A stretch of DNA of 35,534 bases, from positions 1-35,534 of the forward strand of contig JBGQDD010000001.1 in NCBI GenBank assembly GCA_041495665.1, given 5' to 3'. The translations under genes and the position numbers were made by a program. The stretch comes from Candidatus Acidiferrum sp. (GTDB taxonomy: Bacteria > Acidobacteriota > Terriglobia > Acidiferrales > UBA7541). The notes under the pieces were generated by a model that had not been told where the DNA came from, did not search any database, and saw only the letters and a list, made by a program, of their open reading frames with translations. This document shows positions 1 to 8,089 of this stretch, in pieces; within the stretch, counting starts at the first letter, position 1, and every line of letters starts with the position of its first letter.

Positions 1-1
1 C

Positions 2-1837
2 TATTCGGTGAACGCTGCGACACAGGATTTGAAACAATTGACGAATCATCCCACGCCCGTCGTGGATTTCGACATAGACCCGAAGTGCGAAGCTGTCGTC
101 TATGCCGCGGCGCCGGGCCCTCCCGATGAGAAGTCCGCGCTGGAAAAGTTCAATCACGGTTTCGCGATCACGATCGAGACGCCGGACAACCTCCCGAGAA
201 CCAAAGCCGAGTTCCAGGAGCCTGACGAAACGCAGGGAGAAGATGTCTTTGTCAAATACCCGGGAGAGAAAGAATCGGCGGTGGTCCTCGCGGATCGGTA
301 CATGCCATTCAAGCCAATTTCCATCGCGCCGGATGGGCGACATGCCGTAATCGCGGTTCTTTTGCGAGAGGTTCCGCCTTCTTGGATTGAGTATGAGGAC
401 GAGTTGATCCGGGCTGAGGTCAAAGCGTTTCGGCGAAAAGGTTCCACGTCCTGGCTGATGCGTTACATGCTCCTCGATCTAAAATCGCGAACGATCAAGG
501 CGTTGCTTTCGGGTCCGGTGGCATGGAGCACGGGCGGTGCAGCGTGGTCGAATGACGGAAAGAGAATTGCCGTATCGGGCGCGTTTCTTCCGCTTGAGGT
601 TGCCGATCCTGCGGAGCGGGAAGCCAGGAAAAAGCATTCATTCGCCGTTGACGTGGACGTAGAAACGGGAAGATTCGAAACGATTACAGACAAAGAACTA
701 GTCGTAACCGGCTGGGACGCAAGATTGAATCGTCTGTACTTCCTCCCCGCTTCGCGCGCGGCCGCGCCTGGTCACATCGTCTACGCAAAGACTTCTTCCG
801 GCTGGACACAAGATTCAAATTCTCACGAGAGTCTCAAGAGCAATTTGCCCGAGGTCACGCTGGAGCAGGATTTGAACACGCCGCCGAAGCTTTATGCGAG
901 CGATACGGCGCATCCGCAGAAAACGCTTCTTCTTGATCTCAACCCGCAGTTCGCGGAGTTCGCATTCGGAAAAGTGGAAAAGATGCTATGGAAAGCCACC
1001 GACGGGCACGAGGTAGAAGGCGGGCTGTATCTGCCGCCCGACTACAAGGAAGGGGTGCAGTATCCTTTGGTCATTCAAACACATGGGTTTTCGGAAACGC
1101 AATTCTGGATCAATGGCCCATGGAACAGCGCGTTCGCGGCACAGCCACTCGCCGCCCACGGTATCGTGGTTTTGCAGGTGGGACACGGAACGGAGCCTGG
1201 CGGTTACATGAAACACCATCGAAGCTTGGAGGAAGCTCCGCGTGAGATGGCCGCGTATGAAGGTGCAATCGACTACCTGGACGGCCGGGGAATCGTAGAC
1301 CGCGAGCGCGTCGGCATTATCGGCTTCAGCCGTACCCAATATCACGTCGAATATGCGCTAACGCATTCCTCGTATCATTTCGCGGCGGCAACGCTGGCGG
1401 ACGGCTTCGAAGGCGGCTACCTGGAGTATCTGCTCGATCCCTACACGGAAAAGGATGCTGTCTTCGTTAACGGCGGGCCGCCGTTTGGCGCGAACTTTTC
1501 CAACTGGTTGGATCACTCGCCTTCCTTCCGCATCGATCGCATCCACTTGCCAGTGAGGGTGGAATGCTACGGAGGAGGAGTGCTCAGCTGCTGGGAGCCG
1601 TTTTCGGTTCTCACGCATCTCAGCCGCCCGGTCGAGCTGATCTATATTCCCGATGGAACACATATCCTCGTAAAACCATGGGAGCGGTTGACTTCGCAAC
1701 AGGGGAACGTGGACTGGTATCGATTTTGGCTGAGGGGTGAGGAGGACGAAGACCATCAGAAACGTGAACAGTGCGAACGCTGGCGTGCCATGCGCGCAAT
1801 TCAGGAACGTGCGGGCAAAGACGCCACGCCTCGATAG
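2..1837 (+). CDS. S9 prolyl-oligopeptidase-family protein, probable lasso peptide isopeptidase (AtxE2-like); 5' end lies outside the window
   Basis: Frame is open to the window edge. It has beta-propeller-like repeats (ISIAPDGRH, AWSNDGKRIA), YPLVIQTHG, nucleophile elbow GIIGFSRT, catalytic His region PDGTH and C-terminal DWYRFWLRGEED. It is adjacent to lasso B/C genes. Confidence 0.85.
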   Translation, partial: YSVNAATQDLKQLTNHPTPVVDFDIDPKCEAVVYAAAPGPPDEKSALEKFNHGFAITIETPDNLPRTKAEFQEPDETQGEDVFVKYPGEKESAVVLADRYMPFKPISIAPDGRHAVIAVLLREVPPSWIEYEDELIRAEVKAFRRKGSTSWLMRYMLLDLKSRTIKALLSGPVAWSTGGAAWSNDGKRIAVSGAFLPLEVADPAEREARKKHSFAVDVDVETGRFETITDKELVVTGWDARLNRLYFLPASRAAAPGHIVYAKTSSGWTQDSNSHESLKSNLPEVTLEQDLNTPPKLYASDTAHPQKTLLLDLNPQFAEFAFGKVEKMLWKATDGHEVEGGLYLPPDYKEGVQYPLVIQTHGFSETQFWINGPWNSAFAAQPLAAHGIVVLQVGHGTEPGGYMKHHRSLEEAPREMAAYEGAIDYLDGRGIVDRERVGIIGFSRTQYHVEYALTHSSYHFAAATLADGFEGGYLEYLLDPYTEKDAVFVNGGPPFGANFSNWLDHSPSFRIDRIHLPVRVECYGGGVLSCWEPFSVLTHLSRPVELIYIPDGTHILVKPWERLTSQQGNVDWYRFWLRGEEDEDHQKREQCERWRAMRAIQERAGKDATPR

Positions 1838-1875
1838 AAAATGCCGGAGCGCCCGTGGCCAGGGAGCGCCCCGGC
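1838..1875 (-). terminator. Intrinsic terminator hairpin between the convergent precursor and isopeptidase genes
   Basis: Minus strand reads GCCGGGGCGCTC-loop-GGGCGCTCCGGC (12-bp stem with 2 G-U pairs) followed by ATTTTCT, starting 7 nt after the precursor stop. Confidence 0.7.
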
Positions 1876-1882
1876 GGCCGGT

Positions 1883-2026
1883 TCAATCGTTGGATTCGAA
1901 CACGCCATCAGACGGTGGCAAATGCCCAGGTCTGCTGCTGTCCGCGATCGCTACTTCTTTGGTCATGAGTTGGATCGCCTTGCCGGCGTCATCCACATGA
2001 GTGATTTGCGGTTTCTCGTATTTCAC
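1883..2026 (-). CDS. Lasso-type RiPP precursor peptide, 47 aa: MKYEKPQITHVDDAGKAIQLMTKEVAIADSSRPGHLPPSDGVFESND
   Basis: Translated by hand; below the ORF-track cutoff. GTG start at 2026 (alternative in-frame ATG at 2032), SD AGGAGG at 2040-2035, YxxPxI leader motif, directly downstream of the cyclase and followed by a terminator. Confidence 0.88.
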   Translation of the reverse strand: MKYEKPQITHVDDAGKAIQLMTKEVAIADSSRPGHLPPSDGVFESND

Positions 2027-2080
2027 TGTCATCACCTCCTTTCTTTTTGAATTACCCAGCTGGGATCTTTTTGCGAAGGC

Positions 2081-3994
2081 TCACGCGCTGCCCGCTGCGC
2101 GATGATCCAGAAGAAGTGGATTGGTCCGCATGGGCGAACTCGATTTGAACAGCCCCTGAACGGCCGCATCCTGCATCCACCATTCGAGCCGGAGCGCTCG
2201 CATTGCGGGAAGCAGCGGAACATCTCCACCGTGACGCGCTTGTTCGAGCGTCTCGCGAAAAATGTTGGAATCGAGCGTGTGGCTCGATTCGAGCATCATC
2301 GTCTCCGTTAAGTTCATGATTCGCCGCCAGTCCGCGGCCACCGCCTTGAGATGACTGGTCGCGACGAATGCTTTGCGAGGACGGTCGAGTACGACATCGG
2401 GCACGATTCCCCGCAAGGCACGACGGAACAGGGAGCGGCGCTGGTTCGGTCGCACCAGTTGTTCTCGCGGGATGTTGAACAGGAATTCGAGCAGGTCCCG
2501 GTCGAGAAAGGGGTAGCGCTTTTCACAGCATGGCGCAGGTGGAAGTTCCGCGCACGCAATCTGGCGCCGGAGTCCGTCCAGCGCGCGGAGATTTTCCTGA
2601 AACGTTGGCAGCGGTCCACGCCAGCGGAATCGTGTCACGGCGATGCTCAGGGTTTTCTGATTGCGGCGCGCGAAGGACGGCGTCAGCCACGGCATCGGCC
2701 ATTGTCTGCTGGTATTGGTGGCTCGCATGGTGGGGAGGAAAGTCCGAATCGACTTTCCGGCGACGTGAAGTAGAGGCTTTCGCGAAGCCATGGCCCAGAG
2801 GAAGGCGCGGCGCAGGAACTGGCGGAATTCTGCGCGGCTCAACAAGTCGGCAAGTTCCGGAATTCCTGTGGGTGCTCCGCCCGTGAATTCGTCTCCACCG
2901 CTGCCTGAGAGGAGAACCTGAAAATTCCCTTCCGTGATGTGCCGCGCCAATCGGACTTGGGAATCGGTTGGCCGGCCGCCGTGGGCCGGAGTCACGGGGA
3001 AGGAACCGCCCCGTTGTGGAAGGAGAAGCCCGTCACTTGCAACGTCGAGATGAAAACCCGTGCGGCCGCGGTGCACCTCAACGGCGGTAAAGAATGGTCG
3101 CTCATTCCAATTGGGTTCACTGTCGTCGAAATACGAAACCGTCTCAACCGGCCGCACACCTCGATTTGCGGCCACATGGTCGGCTGTGCAAACGATCGCT
3201 GAGGAATCCATGCCGCCGCTGAGTTGTGCCAGTACCGGAGAGCGGGACCGCAGGCGGCGATGTACCGCGTCGAAAAAAAGAACGCGAAAGCGCTTTTCGT
3301 ACTCGGCGTCGGATTTGCATGGAGATTCCTCAAGAGGGTGAAAATCCCAGTATTTCTCAACGGTTGCTGTGCGGCTCGTGATTCTTACCAGTGACGCGGG
3401 TGGAACCGCTCGGATTTCTTCATACGGTGTGAGATGCGCTTCGGGATAGCCAGCGAGCCAACCGGCGATGTACTCCTCGCAGAGTGTGAAGCGCTCCTCC
3501 GGGCAAAGGAGCAACGGTTCGAGAACGGTTGACCAGGCAATGTAGCGATTGTTTCGGAGGTAGTAGAGGGGACGCGATCCCAGGAAATCCCTCGCAAGAA
3601 TCAATGTCCGTTCGTAGTGATTCAAAACACTCAGAGACCAGTCGCCGACGAGGCTCCCCAGGCAGAGCGTGGCTTCCTTCTCCCAGGACTCGGCGACGAT
3701 TTCGAGATCAGATGGGTTGGAAGAACGGCAGGCCAGTCTCGGAAGAAGTTCCGCCCGGTTGTCCAACCGGCCGTCCCATGTGAGGAAGGTTCCCGCCGGG
3801 GAAATGGCCGGTTGCTGTTCGCGGCGCGATTCATCCGTGACATGCAGCGCCCCATAGAGAATTGCGAACGTGCTTTTCACGCAGATCGTCACGCCGTCCG
3901 GTGAATGCGCGTCGAGCATCGCGCGAACCTTGCCGATGTACTCGGGGTCGACCGCCTTGCCGTCGTAATTCCATCTGCCAAACAAAATGCTCAT
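2081..3994 (-). CDS. Lasso peptide cyclase (C protein), asparagine synthetase-like
   Basis: ATP-binding SGGMDSS, LSGSGGDE, ARDFLGSRPLYY, YPFLDRDL and RPRK motifs. The N-terminus MSILFG lacks the glutaminase Cys of true AsnB. SD GGAGG at 4005-4001 supports ATG 3994. Confidence 0.9.
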   Translation of the reverse strand: MSILFGRWNYDGKAVDPEYIGKVRAMLDAHSPDGVTICVKSTFAILYGALHVTDESRREQQPAISPAGTFLTWDGRLDNRAELLPRLACRSSNPSDLEIVAESWEKEATLCLGSLVGDWSLSVLNHYERTLILARDFLGSRPLYYLRNNRYIAWSTVLEPLLLCPEERFTLCEEYIAGWLAGYPEAHLTPYEEIRAVPPASLVRITSRTATVEKYWDFHPLEESPCKSDAEYEKRFRVLFFDAVHRRLRSRSPVLAQLSGGMDSSAIVCTADHVAANRGVRPVETVSYFDDSEPNWNERPFFTAVEVHRGRTGFHLDVASDGLLLPQRGGSFPVTPAHGGRPTDSQVRLARHITEGNFQVLLSGSGGDEFTGGAPTGIPELADLLSRAEFRQFLRRAFLWAMASRKPLLHVAGKSIRTFLPTMRATNTSRQWPMPWLTPSFARRNQKTLSIAVTRFRWRGPLPTFQENLRALDGLRRQIACAELPPAPCCEKRYPFLDRDLLEFLFNIPREQLVRPNQRRSLFRRALRGIVPDVVLDRPRKAFVATSHLKAVAADWRRIMNLTETMMLESSHTLDSNIFRETLEQARHGGDVPLLPAMRALRLEWWMQDAAVQGLFKSSSPMRTNPLLLDHRAAGSA

Positions 3995-4016
3995 AACCAA
4001 CCTCCCGCGCGCCCAT

Positions 4017-4421
4017 TCAACAGCGATCCATCACCCCGTAGATTTCTGCGATGTAAGGTTTGTCGTTCGCGATCCGGCCCTCCACTTCGACCCAGGCATG
4101 GGCACGGAACGGCCACTGCTGAACTCCGATCACCATCTCCGCGGGGATTCCGTACTCGCGCAACAGGCAGGTTGTCGCCGCAGACCGCTGGAGACAGAGC
4201 ACCTCCTTGAAATAGAGGACGCAGGCAACATCGACCGCTCGGCAGACATCCTCGGCTGTTCGCGAAGTCTTGGGATTTCCGTTCCGCTCACGATTCTTCA
4301 CCCGCGCGTGGACAGCAGCGAATCCTCGGGAGGCGAGCTGGATGTCGACGCGGAGCAGTTCGACGTAGGCGCGCGGCAAAAGCGGATATTTCAATTCCTT
4401 CACTCGATGGGTCAGGAACAT
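4017..4421 (-). CDS. Lasso peptide leader peptidase (B2, transglutaminase-like)
   Basis: CLQRS (catalytic Cys), VIGV...PFRAHAWVE (His), and ND. Likely start is ATG 4421, overlapping the kinase stop. Confidence 0.92.
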   Translation of the reverse strand: MFLTHRVKELKYPLLPRAYVELLRVDIQLASRGFAAVHARVKNRERNGNPKTSRTAEDVCRAVDVACVLYFKEVLCLQRSAATTCLLREYGIPAEMVIGVQQWPFRAHAWVEVEGRIANDKPYIAEIYGVMDRC

Positions 4422-5815
4422 GATCGCGCCCCAGCTTTCGATTCTGTGAATCTGACGAGCTCCCGCTTCAACCTTCGGAGAAGAGCGCGCAGATAGTCGG
4501 TGAATCGCGGGCTGCCCAGCCCGTATGGCTCGGCGGCGAGTAGGCAACGCTGCGCGTAGGCGAAAACTGCGAGTGCGGGCGAGACTGTCCATGTTTCGCG
4601 GACATGGTTTGAAGGTGCCGAGCGTTCCCACGCAGTCAGGTACGCCTCAACCACGGAATGTTCCTCAGGAGAGTGACGGCCAAATGCACGCCCAAATGAT
4701 TGAAGAAGGTACTCGAGAGTCAGGAACGGAGGACCGATGTAGGTTTCGGCCCAGTCCAGATAGACGCAGTGCTCGGAAGACACAACCGCATTGCCGGCGT
4801 TCAAATCCAGATGTCCGAGTGCATCGGGGATGCCGGAGTTCTCCGCTTGGATGAGCAACTCCAGAACCTTGGCTTTCATGGCCGGCAAGTCGGTCAACGA
4901 TAGTTCGGGCGCCGTCGTGCCAATGCTCTGCTGAGTCAGCGTTTCGGCTACCGTAAAAAACCGATTGACCACAGGCAGCGAGAACAGCGTCTTCAAATCG
5001 TGGGCACCGGCGCGGAGCAACTCCCCGGCTCCTGCCGCCGATGCAATCTGCAGTTCGGCCAGCGTGCGGGAGGCTTTGCGCCAGAGTTCGATTTCCTTGA
5101 TTTCGTTCAGCGAACGGCTTAAGCATTCCTCCGCTAACCAAGCGTTCCACTTGGGACGGACCACGAGCAGTCGTGGCACAAACTCGGAGTAGCGCTTCGC
5201 CAGTTCCTGCGTGATGCGAAACTCGCGAGTGTTCGGATCGCCGACCGCCTTGAACCAGAGGGGTCGGGGTTTCGTTTCGAAGCGGATCAAGCTAAACGAA
5301 GCACTCGCCTGAAATTGGGTGAAACCGTGTTCCCACTCGAACGAGAACGGAGCGATGGCTTCCCGGAGCCACGCGGCGAGTTCGTCAAACCAGCCAAGGT
5401 GTCCGAAGGGCGTGTCCTTGTTTGCGGAACTGGAGAGGGTTGCGAGGAAAGCGCGGAGCGCATTGTGATCTTCCGCATCGGGGAACAATTCCGGCGTCAG
5501 CGCTGAAATGCTCATCCACCGCAGACCGCGCGGAAGGGGTGCGTTTGCAGTTAGCGGCTCCACGACGTGGTATTGGACGACGGCGTCTCCGTTCAAAGAA
5601 GCGCTGGTCTCCACCGGAATAATCGAAATCACATCGAGGTTCCAATTGCGCCTTACCTCGGCGTTCAAGTGCCACGCCACCCGCTGATGCTGGGGGATGT
5701 TGACTTCGGGCAGGGAGAGATTGTTTGACTCCTCGAAGATGACGATTTCGGAAGCACTTTTGTTAGGAATGATGACGCGCCATCGATCTGTCTGGGTTGG
5801 GTGTGGTTGCGGCAT
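4412..5815 (-). CDS. APH/choline-kinase-like phosphotransferase with an N-terminal, possibly degenerate Nudix-like domain; putative RiPP kinase
   Basis: WFKAV (ATP-binding Lys), REFRIT (alphaC Glu), HLDLNAGN (HxDxxxxN catalytic loop) and YLDWAE (Mg-binding). It sits between B1 and B2, with a 15-bp gap upstream and a 10-bp overlap downstream. Confidence 0.78.
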   Translation of the reverse strand: MPQPHPTQTDRWRVIIPNKSASEIVIFEESNNLSLPEVNIPQHQRVAWHLNAEVRRNWNLDVISIIPVETSASLNGDAVVQYHVVEPLTANAPLPRGLRWMSISALTPELFPDAEDHNALRAFLATLSSSANKDTPFGHLGWFDELAAWLREAIAPFSFEWEHGFTQFQASASFSLIRFETKPRPLWFKAVGDPNTREFRITQELAKRYSEFVPRLLVVRPKWNAWLAEECLSRSLNEIKEIELWRKASRTLAELQIASAAGAGELLRAGAHDLKTLFSLPVVNRFFTVAETLTQQSIGTTAPELSLTDLPAMKAKVLELLIQAENSGIPDALGHLDLNAGNAVVSSEHCVYLDWAETYIGPPFLTLEYLLQSFGRAFGRHSPEEHSVVEAYLTAWERSAPSNHVRETWTVSPALAVFAYAQRCLLAAEPYGLGSPRFTDYLRALLRRLKRELVRFTESKAGARSCS

Positions 5816-5830
5816 GGCTGTCTTCAGCGG

Positions 5831-6097
5831 TCAGTCGGCGTTCTGGCGGTAAAGCAAATCGTTACTTGCAAGCACGTTGAGGAAGTCCTGCACGTCGCGG
5901 GATGCGCGGGCAGGTGCAATTCCGCAGCGAGTGCTGATATCGGCGATGATTTGTTCTTCTTCGTAGCCGCGAACGAGGAGTTCGAAGATGGTTGCGCCGG
6001 TGGCGTTGAGCCGGAAGATTTTACCTTTCCGAAGATCGAGAACCACGCCGCCGTCTGCGTTGGTTACGGTTCTCAGATTCTCGGACAGTCGGACCAT
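5831..6097 (-). CDS. PqqD-family RiPP recognition element (lasso B1)
   Basis: 88 aa from ATG 6097: DGGVVLDLRKGKIFRLNATGATIFELL...DVQDFLNVLASNDLL, the typical RRE pattern. Confidence 0.92.
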   Translation of the reverse strand: MVRLSENLRTVTNADGGVVLDLRKGKIFRLNATGATIFELLVRGYEEEQIIADISTRCGIAPARASRDVQDFLNVLASNDLLYRQNAD

Positions 6098-6307
6098 GGA
6101 AGGACTCACCGTTGCTAGTGTTCTGCTGACCCGACGTTGCCACGCGGCAGCCTCGGAAGCCACTCAGTCACACAAGTGTTCGCGATTGTTCTGCGCTGCG
6201 ATGAGACGCGGACGATCATTGAGGAATTTGCGTATTCTGAATTGACTGTAAAGTCTTGGGCGTTCGTCTTTGTGACTTTGTTGTGGGTCCGCGACAATCC
6301 CGGCTAA

Positions 6308-7897
6308 TCACGGCAACCGGCGAACGATGCCGACTATCTGACCTACGACCTCCGCATCGGTGCGATTACGGAGACGCAGCAGCTTGGGCAGGCCGGCTGT
6401 AAAGGGCTGAATCGCCAAGATGCCATTCATGCGCACGCACGAACCGCACAGGTAACTGCCCTCACGGCGCAGAAAAACGTAGAGTGGCTGCGCCCACTTC
6501 GGGCACGTGAGAGAGGAGCGGGGTACCTTTTTCTTGCGATCCACAACCAGAAAGACAGCGCCTTTCAAGTACGGGTGGATGAAACGTTCCATACCGCCTG
6601 ACCAGAAAATGTCTCGAATGGAAAGGTCCGGCATGCCAAAGAAGCTGGGCATCACTCCAAACAAAAAATACGGAAGCTCCCGGAATCGACGTGCAAGCTC
6701 CGTCATGAAAAGCGACTGGCTCGCGGCGATGTCGATCTTGCCCTCTGGTTCCGAGTCGCCCAAGAAATGCGGCGGCATGGGGAGTTCGCCAGCACTAGCG
6801 AGTGGCACCCCCGCGGCTTCAAGACACTCCGCGGCGCTCGCATAGTACGCGGCGCAAATCGAAATCAGTTTGTGTACGTGCCGTGGCGCGGTTTTCCAAG
6901 TTTCATAGTCGGAGAGGGAGCCTGGGGCGCAAAAATAGCGCGCGTCGCGAAGTATTCGCGCTATCACTCGCGTTCTCTTGGAAGCCTCCCGGAAGGAAAG
7001 CCCGGAACGCCTTCGCGCCCGGCGAATAAATTCGCCGACGTTGCCCGTGGGTAATCCTGGCGGCAGGGCAAGTGGCTTCCAGTAACCGCCGAGACTTCTC
7101 GGAACAACGGGATTTTCGGATTTCGCCGTTCTGCGAAATTCCATGTCAGCAGTCCCCACCAGCGCCACCTGGGTTCCAAGCTCCAATTCCGCTGAGGAGT
7201 ACGGCAGATGTTTCGAGCACAGGAGGATACGATTACGTTCCGGTCGAAAGATTCGAGAGCACAGGTAACCACGGCCGTGTTCGACAAGAAACAGATTCTT
7301 GCCAGCCGTCTTACCATAAGGAATCTTCAAGTGCCGTTTGGAAGACGGATTCACCCGCACAATGCTGCCGGGAAGAAGGTCGGGAAACGAGAAGGCGTCC
7401 CGTGAGCCGATCTTGACGAACCGGAACGGAAGTCTTGTCGCCCGCGAGATGGCATCTGCGGGACGACTCCGTGCGGAGGACAACCACTGGCCGAGCGGGG
7501 TGAGGGGAGCGTCAAAGACACCCGGTGCCAGGTCCTGGAACATGGGAATGCGATCGTGGGAGTGGTAAATCCCCGCGTCCAACTCAACCGTGCGCAACGC
7601 AGGGAAGAAGATTTGGAACCGAAGAACGTCGCGGAGCGAGAAGCCGAACAGTCGAAGCCAATCGACGAACCGGTAGCCGGAGAGAAGACTCAGGGCAGCG
7701 ATTTGATACAGGCTCGGACTGAACTGACGCTTGCGGATAACGCCGTAAAGGTTATGCGGAACGTGATGGAGCGGGCCATACGGAGCACCCGACCGCGACA
7801 TTCGCGCCACATCCGCGAGAGAAAGTCCGCGCTGCGCAAGCAGCAAACGAATCGTTTCGACGAGAACAGAAGCTGACCTGAAGGATGTGATTGGCAT
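6308..7897 (-). CDS. Tandem-duplicated transcriptional regulator: 2 x (XRE-like HTH + degenerate S24/LexA-like C-terminal domain)
   Basis: HTH1 is QRGLSLADVARMS and HTH2 is RRRSGLSFREASKRT. The C-domains contain FPDLLPGSIVRV...YLCSR and HPYL...YLCGSC...DAEVVGQIVGIVRRL; both resemble 8090-8878. Confidence 0.7.
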   Translation of the reverse strand: MPITSFRSASVLVETIRLLLAQRGLSLADVARMSRSGAPYGPLHHVPHNLYGVIRKRQFSPSLYQIAALSLLSGYRFVDWLRLFGFSLRDVLRFQIFFPALRTVELDAGIYHSHDRIPMFQDLAPGVFDAPLTPLGQWLSSARSRPADAISRATRLPFRFVKIGSRDAFSFPDLLPGSIVRVNPSSKRHLKIPYGKTAGKNLFLVEHGRGYLCSRIFRPERNRILLCSKHLPYSSAELELGTQVALVGTADMEFRRTAKSENPVVPRSLGGYWKPLALPPGLPTGNVGEFIRRARRRSGLSFREASKRTRVIARILRDARYFCAPGSLSDYETWKTAPRHVHKLISICAAYYASAAECLEAAGVPLASAGELPMPPHFLGDSEPEGKIDIAASQSLFMTELARRFRELPYFLFGVMPSFFGMPDLSIRDIFWSGGMERFIHPYLKGAVFLVVDRKKKVPRSSLTCPKWAQPLYVFLRREGSYLCGSCVRMNGILAIQPFTAGLPKLLRLRNRTDAEVVGQIVGIVRRLP

Positions 7898-7972
7898 TGT
7901 TCCGCAAGTGCAAAATGAAACTCGCAGTTCCAGGCAGAAAACTTTCTACTGGCTGTCATTACAGACAAGCGG

Positions 7973-7994
7973 CCTGTCCGGTATACAAGACAGG
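7973..7994. promoter_or_regulatory. Candidate operator palindrome between the divergent regulators
   Basis: CCTGTC-CG-GTATAC-AA-GACAGG, with 18 of 22 positions dyad-symmetric. A related TGTC-N6-GACA lies at 7954-7967. Confidence 0.55.
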
Positions 7995-8089
7995 ACTAAA
8001 TAACTGGCAAGACGGAGGAAGGTGTGTGCTAAGTTCGGCTTACGTACATAGATGTGTAGTAACAGTCCGGTTATGGCTGCGGGATCTCG

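Noticed and set aside
1841-2050. 69-aa plus-strand ORF in the isopeptidase-cyclase gap
   Set aside because: It is the antisense shadow of the precursor, which has the SD, leader motif and terminator.
2081-4000. Housekeeping asparagine synthetase asnB
   Set aside because: No N-terminal catalytic Cys, and flanked by RRE, B2 and a precursor, so a lasso cyclase is the better call.
4422-4631. N-terminal 70 aa of the 204-aa B2 ORF
   Set aside because: It overlaps the kinase gene; ATG 4421 gives a typical B2 size and translational coupling.
4412-5815. Aminoglycoside resistance gene
   Set aside because: Only the generic APH-fold motifs are shared; its size, extra domain and operon position argue for a RiPP role.
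6115-6297. 60-aa ORF upstream of the RRE as a second precursor
   Set aside because: No YxxP leader, no clear SD and a TTG start; more likely the operon's promoter/leader region.
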